Position numbers and translations under genes: made by a program
The notes under the pieces: generated by a model
The model's input: only the letters and a program-made list of their open reading frames with translations
What the model was told of the DNA's origin: nothing
Databases searched by the model: none
In this document: piece by piece, positions 56,027 through 64,000 of the stretch
Layout: each line of letters begins with the position of its first letter
Numbering within the stretch: the stretch's first letter is position 1
DNA from: Syncephalis fuscata S228
Lineage: Eukaryota; Fungi; Zoopagomycota
Assembly: GCA_025786725.1 (NCBI GenBank)
Contig: JAHLTZ010000022.1
Span: 310,001-374,000 of the forward strand
Direction: 5' to 3'
DNA length: 64,000 nt

Positions 56027-58191
56027 TACAATACACTTTAGATATATATTCGGTAAAAATCAAAACCATTTGACAACTACGCCGTCCAGTCTATTTATAT
56101 ATCAAGTTTTGGCCAATGCTCTGGTTTATCCAGTCTTTAATCAATGGGATCATTATTTTACCACCAAGCTTGCATCTAGTTGTTTCTATTCAACTGTGCA
56201 AGTTTATTGTAATAAACCTATGGTTCCATCCTAACTATATACAATCAAATAGCTATATTTATAATCATGTTTTATTGATATCTAAAAACCGATAATTATT
56301 AATTATTAGTCAAACTAACAAAAGACATGTACGATATATTGTATTAGCTATAGGCATAGGTTGGTATGAATAGTAGCAAAACTATTATTACCATATAGCC
56401 AAATAATATTATAAAACGAATTAAATAGAGAAATTCAATACGTGAATAGTGATAGTGAGACTATACTGTATACAATTAACCAAGAATAATGAACAAAATG
56501 AATTAAAATCTACTAAAAGAATACAGTTAGCAATAAAATTTTAGCTTTTGTTAATGTAATTTTTGCAATATACACTATTAATGATATAGACGGACATATA
56601 GTATATGTATACAGAATAGATATGTACAGTACAATAATAATGATAAATAAATAGCTTAATGACCAATGACACTCACCACTCAATTTCATCTTTAATAAAG
56701 CAAATATCTTGTTTAAATGTATGGCTATTATAGCTATTTAACTGCCAAATCACATTAAATAACCAATAGTGTACTTAATATTGTGTAAGAGTTGTTTTTA
56801 TTTAGCTAATAAAAGTATTATAATATTTAGTACAAATCAAGTGGTTTAAATGATCTGTCACAACACCCTTTTAAGCTTCTTTCGCCATGTTCCACAACTT
56901 TTTTAAATTAGAACATTGGCGTGGCTATTGTGAAATTTAGGAATGAATATTACAAATAGCTTGTTTTAGTTTATCAATGGAAAATGCCATGTTGGCGGCT
57001 TTATTTTGCATATCTTTACTCATGTTTGATACACTAGCTAGTTAATTTGAGTTGATCAAAGCAATAATATTTTATATAATTCGGAATTATTTAATTGCTA
57101 AATCTTATATCTGAAACGCTCCAAGCCAGTCTAATTTTATTTTTTAATTAAATCATTTTTATTTGCATTACACTTTATTCATTTTAATAGTTGCTTCGTT
57201 AGTAGTTTGTATTTGTTTTTCAATAAAGACATTTGTTTTAACATTAACTACCAGTTCAATATTAATACTAATTCCTACAGAACCTATTCTTGTATTATAT
57301 TTTTGCGTTACATTTGCCATCAGTATATTATTGAAAGTTTTTTAAAAAGCACAATTGGCGTTGCTGTTAACATTGCTACAATTAACTAAATTACGCAAAT
57401 AAGCAAAGTTTTAAATTAAAATTGTTGCATTTATTGTAATTAACTTTTTCCCTATCAGGCATTTTTAGCTTTTTCAAAATTCCTCAATTTTGCTTTAACT
57501 TTTCTATTTTGAATTCTCAAAGCAAAATTAGTTCCAATCAAAAACATGTTATTATGTACAACAAACATAGTCATAATGTTTTCATTGACTAATTTAAAAT
57601 CTGTGAGGCCGATCATTATTGTTGTTGGTTATGCGTAGAAAGATTGATTGAATATTAATAAAAGCCATTGATCGCAATTCCATATTGTTCCGCAGTTGTT
57701 ATTGTTGTCAGTACGTACAGTGTGGTTTCCTTGCGTCTGAATGGTTTATTCTATTATCCAATCTTCTACTATTGCATTTGAGCATTTTTGGTATCAACTT
57801 GGCAGGTGCAAATTATTTGCCAACCATTGATAAAACAAATGGCCTCCACCATATGCAATAATGATAAGTTGAGCGTCTTCACTAGGAAGAACTTGTGGCA
57901 ACAGCTGTAACCAGAATATACGGCATACCGTTGAGGTTACTTGAACAAATATTGATGCAAAATAAGAGAAATAAAGACTAGGAATTGAAGTGTTTTTTAT
58001 TGATGTTCAAATACACATGCTATTTATATTGTTATATTCAACATTATTGTATAATATGTTACTGAATAGAATATTTAAAAAAATAAGACGACAAGATAGT
58101 AATGAGAAAAAGGCGGTGAAATGAGTCAATAAAAATGTGAAAATCAAAGTACAGTAGTTCCATCTTTTTAATTTAAATAATACAGAAACAG

Positions 58192-60056
58192 TTAAGCATT
58201 AAATGCTGACATATCAACGGAAATACCAAATTCTTTTTGCATTGCCATATTTGCTTGTGCATCTAAGGCATCTTCAAATCCTTGGACGTTTTGGCCCAAA
58301 AACCATGAACATATGTGTTGCCATAGACGCATTGCCACAAATGAAATGTTAATTAAAGCCATTGTTAGTCGGAAATGAATATAAGCAAGTCGCGCCCGAG
58401 TACCACTTATAATATACTGTAACATATTTTCTTCTCGTCTTTGGCCAATAACGCGTGAGTAGGCTGGTGATATTGCTGGTCCATTCGTCGTAGATTCATT
58501 GCTATTAGAGTCGGATTGTGTTGATGTTGGCCATTCAGTCCAATCGGTGCCAAGACCACGAGCTGCCCAATCGGCCATACGGCCAATACGATTGACTGGT
58601 GAGCCTAAAGCTTGATTATACGCACGTATCATATTCATATTGCGTCCTACAAGTATAAGCTCGCGCGGAAACTGTTGTTCGTTTATTAATAAGTCGCGGG
58701 CCCGTTTTTTTGCTTGTAGTTGCATCTCGTATACATCATGGGCTCTTATTGGCGCATTTAACGTGGCTGCAGACTGGCCTTGTTGATAGGGGCGCATTAG
58801 TGTAGCACTGGCGAACATACCTACTTCTTTAATACCCCACTGGTGACATATCTCTGTTAATCGGCGATGATCATTAGTAAATAGCGATTTCCATAGTTGG
58901 CAATGTTCACGACGGAAACTATCACGGCAACGAAGATACAATCCATGATCAAGTAAAACAAGCTGTGGTCGTCTCGGTGGCCCACTAGGATGAGGGCGTA
59001 CTAATAAATTACCCGGATGTGGATCACCTAGAATTTACTTGCTTATTATTACAATGACATTTAAACTAATAAATAGCTTACAATGAACAAATCCAGTTAT
59101 AAATATTTGATGGGAAAATAAATCAACCATAATACGCATAATTTCTGTCATGTCGTAGTTCATCGCACGCAATTCGTCAATATCGGCCAGACGTCGACCA
59201 TCGATCCATTCACAAGTAAGTACTCGATCGGCTGAATAGTCCCAAAAGACACGCGGCACATAAACTTCCTCTCGTAGTTTTGGTTCGCTAGCAATGGCTT
59301 GTGCGCACATTTCGGCATTTCTGCCTTCGCGTGCAAAATCGATTTCTTGACGTAAATGCTCTTGTACAAATTCTCCTGCCCAGGTAATTGGTAAATCAAA
59401 AGTCCATTCAAAAAATTTCATTAGTAAAGTATGAGCACGTAAATCCCATTCAATTTGTCGTTGGATTTCTGGCTTTTGCACTTTAACAGCTACACGCGTG
59501 CCATCATTTAAAGTAGCCTGATGTACTTGCGCGATTGAAGCGGATGCGATAGGCAGCCGATCAAAGGTGCAGAAAAGCTTTTCGGGTACATCGCCAAGCT
59601 CTTCTCTTATAATACGCTCGACTTCATCATACGATGAAAAAGGCGCGTCGTCAAGTAAAACCTTCATTACTTTATTGTACTCGGGCGGTAGTACGGCCGA
59701 TTGTAAAGCCAATGCTTGTCCGAATTTTGTATAAAGACCGCTATATTGAATATCGATTAGCGGTCCGTTTGTTTTCTATATATTAGTGTAAACGTTAATG
59801 CGTACCCGTTTTTCTGGCAAACATCGAGAATACGCTCGGCGGCTCGTTGGTGCAACGCGGATAGCTCTTCGGCTGACCGGTCAGCTTGGAAATTCCACTT
59901 GTAATCAAAAGCAAGTCGGCCGGCTCCCCAAAGAGCCCGTCCGTTGCGGCTTAGCACACGTGCGCCATACGAACGGTCCCAGGCCCAAAGAGCAGTGCCG
60001 GCAAGCGTGCACGGCATAACTGCTTTGACCGTCCAATAACCTAGTCTCGACTGCAT
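58192..60056 (-). CDS. ABC1/ADCK atypical kinase (ADCK1/Mcp2-like), 3 exons
   Basis: NG|GLYTKFGQ, PIASASIAQVHQA, VAVKVQKP, EIDFAREGRN, GFVH|DPHPGN, LVLLDHG. Confidence 0.93.
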
Positions 60057-60699
60057 AGCTTATAGATAGTAATCGTAGCAATCGTAGTAAATAAAATGAA
60101 AAGATGCCACTGCACGACAGCTACTTTCCTTGAGTCTTGATGCGTCATCTTTATCACGTGATGTTCAACAGTCAAAGTAAAGTCATTCTATTTGTCGATT
60201 AGTAACTTGATAGTGACGACTTTATTTATATATAGAAGTGTTTTGTAAAAGTTTTGTTACGTATTGTGTTTAGCCTTGCACCCAAAATATTATGGTAAAT
60301 TGTTCCATCTACAAAATGGATCATTACCATTTACCACTTGAATCTATTACGTAAATTATGTTACAAATCATAATAATAAGACATGTAACATTTTAGTAAT
60401 ATTTGGCCCATGATGATTAGTCGTTTTTATTTTATCCATCCATTTCAGTAGCATTTTAAATCATTTTTAGTCGCATATATATGATAAAGATAAAATTATG
60501 AGTTTATTACTACGAATTTGCATAGTTGAGTAAACATAACTAAGTCCAGATTTGTTGATAATATAATAAATTCATTGATTACAAGTTGAATAAACCAAAG
60601 CATCAAGTATAACTTGATATGCGTATGGGCTAGAGGAAAACTGTCAAATGGTCTTGAGTTTTTTGATTATGTCTAAAATATATTAAACCAAAAGTTCAA

Positions 60700-63410
60700 T
60701 CAATCTAACAGCACTAATGTTTTGCAAGCATCGATTACATTAGTTTATAAACAAAAAACAGTATGTGTTATATAATTCGTGAGTATTCAATTAATATACA
60801 ACATCACAGGGGGACGTTGCTAGCCCAGTTGGTAAGGCAGCGTCTCCCGAGCTGAAGGCTCCGGGTTCAAACCTCAGTTTGAATCAATCCTTAAGTGGAA
60901 AATCCCCCCCCCCAGTTTTCTCTAGTTAACAAATTGCAAACCAGAACCCAATAAGTAGGTCCGGAAACAAGACCTTGGCCAGAATAGCCGAGGAAAACCC
61001 AATTGGGACCAACTTCAAGAGAATAGTGCTGTGTAGCACCATTTAAAGGAAGATGGCCCCCGTGTAAAATCTATATGGACCAGATTTTGCGCAAAAACGT
61101 GGCAGTCCACCCGTTAAAAGTTTGGAAAAGTCCAAATATAGTGGGAAGCAGCGCAAATTCTTTAATTATGCGCAGCGGGGGCTCACAAGCTCTTCAAAAT
61201 AAAAATAAAATAATATACAACATCACTTACTGCCTATTATGTGAGGTTTTTATACATACATCACATAATATAAAATTGGCGTATAGTCAACGTGTATACC
61301 GTATTATTAGCCATCTATTGATATTGAGTCATAGATGCACACAGTAAATAGCATGTGATTAGTGTCGAGTCGATTAATATGCAATGCCACTTACCGCCTA
61401 TTAATATTAAGTTGTCAATACACATAGTTCATAGTATATAATTAGTGCATATTTAGCTGCTATACCATGTCACTTACAATCTATTAATATTAGTTTGTTG
61501 ATGAGCACAGTTCATAGCATTTAATTAATGCATAAGCAATTAACACACAGCAGCACTTACTCTCTATCAATAACAGATCATTGATACATGCAATACATAT
61601 TATGTAGTTATTATATAGTCAATTTATATAAAACTACACTTACCGGCTATTAATATTAAGTTATTAAGGCACACATAACAGAAAAATATAATTAGCGTAT
61701 AATTAATTGATATACAATGTTACCTACGGCCTATTATAATAAATTTTAGTATACAAAGTACATGGCATATAATTAGCGTATAGTTAATTGATATAAAATG
61801 ATTCTTACAAGCTATTATAACAAGTTGTTGATGCACATGACACATATCATTTGATGAGTGTATTTCCATAAATATATATTAGCACTTACATTCTATTAAT
61901 ATCAAATAGTTAAATATACACATTTTATAGCATATAATTAATTTAAGGCCAACTATGCATATATATATATATCGTCACTTACTAACTATTATATCAGTTG
62001 TTTGTAATATAATATATGGTGGATAGTTAGCGTATAATTAGCTGATATGCAATAGCACTTACTGCCTATTATGTTATATTGCCAATATACATATTATAAA
62101 ATATATAGTCATTACATAGTTAATTAGTGAATAATAGTATTGAGAGTACACTAGCTCTCCAAACTAGCTATTATACAATAACACTTACAAGCTATTGATG
62201 TCAAATTGTCAGATATGCGCATTGCATAGCAGCGATTAGTGTATAATTACTTAGCATATAATAGCACTTACGAACTATTGATATTAAGTTTTATGTATAT
62301 AGTATCCAATGTGTAATTAGCGCATATTCAAGTGTTATTAAATAACACTTGCCAACTATTAATATTAAATTATCAAACGCACGCATTATATAGTATGTGG
62401 TTAGTGTGTGGTCAGTTAATATACAAACTACTAACAAACTATTAATATTGTGCCGTTTATACAGGCGGCAAATAGCATTTAATTAATGTATAGCTAAAAA
62501 GTATAAGTATCACTTACAGCCTATCAATTTTAAGTTATTGGTAGAAACATTATACAAAATGTAATTAGTATAGAACTGATTAGTATACAATGGCACCTAC
62601 AATCTATTATATGAGATTTTGATACAATCATATAGTATATAATTAGTTCGTATATAAGCAGTACATAGTTCCACTTACACCCTATGAATATTGAGTTGTT
62701 GGTAAAATAGTAAATAAGTGTAATTAGTACAAAGCTAGCTAGTTTACAATGTCACCTACATCCTATTATATTATATTTTAAATAAATAAAATTTATAAAA
62801 TACAGTTAGCACATAGCTAATCAGTGCGCAGCTTCACTTACGTCCTATTAATATTATGTTGTTGATAGATATGACAGACAACATGCAGTTAGGCTATATT
62901 CAATTAGTATACAGTCTCACTTACGTCCTGTTAAAGTTATGTTGTTAACGCATGTAATACATAGCATATAATTGGTAAGTAATCAATTAATATAAATAAC
63001 ACTCACCGTCTATTGGTATTAGTTAGTTGATATAATGGCATATACCATACCATTAGTGTGCAATCAATAAATATACAATGCTACTTACGGGCTATTGATA
63101 TTAGGTTGATAAATGAATACAATAATTAGTTAGATTGCTATTAAGATACAATACCACTTACTATCTATTTATGTTGATTTGGCAAACAAAAGCAATGTTC
63201 AATTAAATCTTAATTAATATGTAATATTACTTACGTGCTATTAATGTTGATTCAGCATTGGTTAAACATAATACTAGTAAGCATAAATTATTGTTTAGTT
63301 ATTTTAAGTGCACATACGACGACCTTCTTGATTTGGCGTAGCATCCACTATGGCTATATTAGCTACAAAAGCCACGAAGAAAGTAAAAAGACGACAATGA
63401 AAAGGTTCAT
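60700..63410 (-). CDS. Microexon gene 2: secreted Cys-rich peptide precursor with 25 three-nucleotide exons
   Basis: Exon 1 is 63410-63318 and needs +1 T in the homopolymer at 63385-63389 to equal the 94-nt paralogous exon: MNLFIVVFFTFFVAFVANIAIVDATPNQEGR+C. The 25 microexons give PHTHGRRWYCFFVPCIKSCPENCDG with no stop; last exon gives MLLD* or N*. Confidence 0.85.
60809..61210 (+). mobile_element. tRNA-derived SINE (family B), copy 2, inside the last intron of microexon gene 2
   Basis: Head GGGGGACGTTGCTAGCCCAGTTGGTAAGGC...CTCCCGA...GGTTCAAACC (A and B boxes, Gly-CCC-like loop); (TAAAA)n tail; TSD TAATATACAACATCAC at 60792-60807 and 61211-61226. Confidence 0.9.
61211..63317 (-). repeat. Tandem array of ~73-93-bp intron+microexon units (one 126-bp unit)
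   Basis: On the + strand ACTTAC-NNN-CTA, or a close donor variant, recurs 25 times with ~82-bp period. Confidence 0.95.
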
Positions 63411-64000
63411 GGTAATTTTGCTTGGATAGAAAAGAATCAAACCTAACACTAAAATGTATTTAGTATGAAGCAGGCAGTAGTGAATACTTGGCAAAATTAA
63501 AGGGCGGTGATGGTATTACCAAGGGTTTATGTGTATTTTGTGAGCTATTTAAATATTTAATTATAATGAGACAACGCCAATATGTATTGTATGGAATATG
63601 CCATTAAAACACAATGTAAGCTAATAGTGCATGTCTACACGATGCTTTGAAGCGTGTGTATACTAATAGATCAATGGAGTATTAGTATATAATCTAGCTC
63701 TTTGTTTCACTCTACTTGGCACTTGTACAAACAATACAATGATATCAGCTATACAGTGCATTTGTGATATAAATAAATATGCCAATCTACACTGTACTTT
63801 GTACAATACGACAATATCATAACAAAGGACGGCAAATTTATAGGAACAACGATAAAGCATTGCTGCATCTTGTTCCTGATTTTTCAAAAAGCCTCAATAG
63901 CAAATACCTGCTTGTGTTCCAAACAAAGAGTGTTATGTTGCAGCATATCCAATACATTGCACTGATTTTGTGTAAACTAATCATAGTACTGAACTATAAG

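Noticed and set aside
60809-60885. tRNA-Gly gene (also its copy at ~54820-54893 and the Thr-like head at ~51540-51615)
   Set aside because: Acceptor stem does not close properly, and each is the head of a longer TSD-flanked element, i.e. a SINE.
61075-61347. ORF-track entries 61075-61347 (+), 63235-63429 (+) and 51618-51815 (-)
   Set aside because: Chance ORFs within SINEs or antisense to the microexon gene; no coding features.
63318-63410. Reading gene 2 exon 1 exactly as assembled (stop after 15 codons) or joining the microexons in phase 0
   Set aside because: The paralogous exon is 94 nt and ends in phase 1; one added T restores the alignment (AIVDA), and only phase 1 yields the RR site and the cysteines.

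Overview
Intron-rich, AT-rich fungal chromosome segment. The gene style suggests an early-diverging fungus such as a Zoopagomycota mycoparasite; this is inference only. About 20 ordinary genes are recognisable: DHTKD1-like E1, RPP1, SWD2, two ACOT13-type thioesterases, translin, ERMARD, COX23, PCID2/Thp1-like, cyclin C, PKC1, GUT2, HACL1, a Munc13/C2 protein, heme oxygenase, ZIP7/YKE4, SAL1 carrier, a UGT and an ABC1 kinase. There are also several secreted orphans, two tRNA-derived SINE families and an AT-rich dispersed repeat. The main find lies where the ORF track shows almost nothing: two paralogous, convergent genes at 53887-56026 (+) and 63410-60700 (-). In each, a signal/pro-peptide exon is followed by a tandem array of about 82-bp units, each an intron plus a 3-nt exon (YAG|NNN|GTAAGT), with 18 and 25 microexons. 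Joined in phase 1 they spell small secreted Cys-rich peptides after a dibasic RR site: ...GRR-WYCFFVPCIKSCPENCDG and ...VRR-DCDDCKSK(*)CVEYCNKQC. This is a one-codon-per-exon peptide system. Neighbouring introns can be nearly identical while their exon triplets differ, and the same young SINE has inserted independently at intron position +20 in both arrays. Caveat: several conserved genes carry single-base frameshifts, mostly at homopolymers, so the assembly probably has indel errors.
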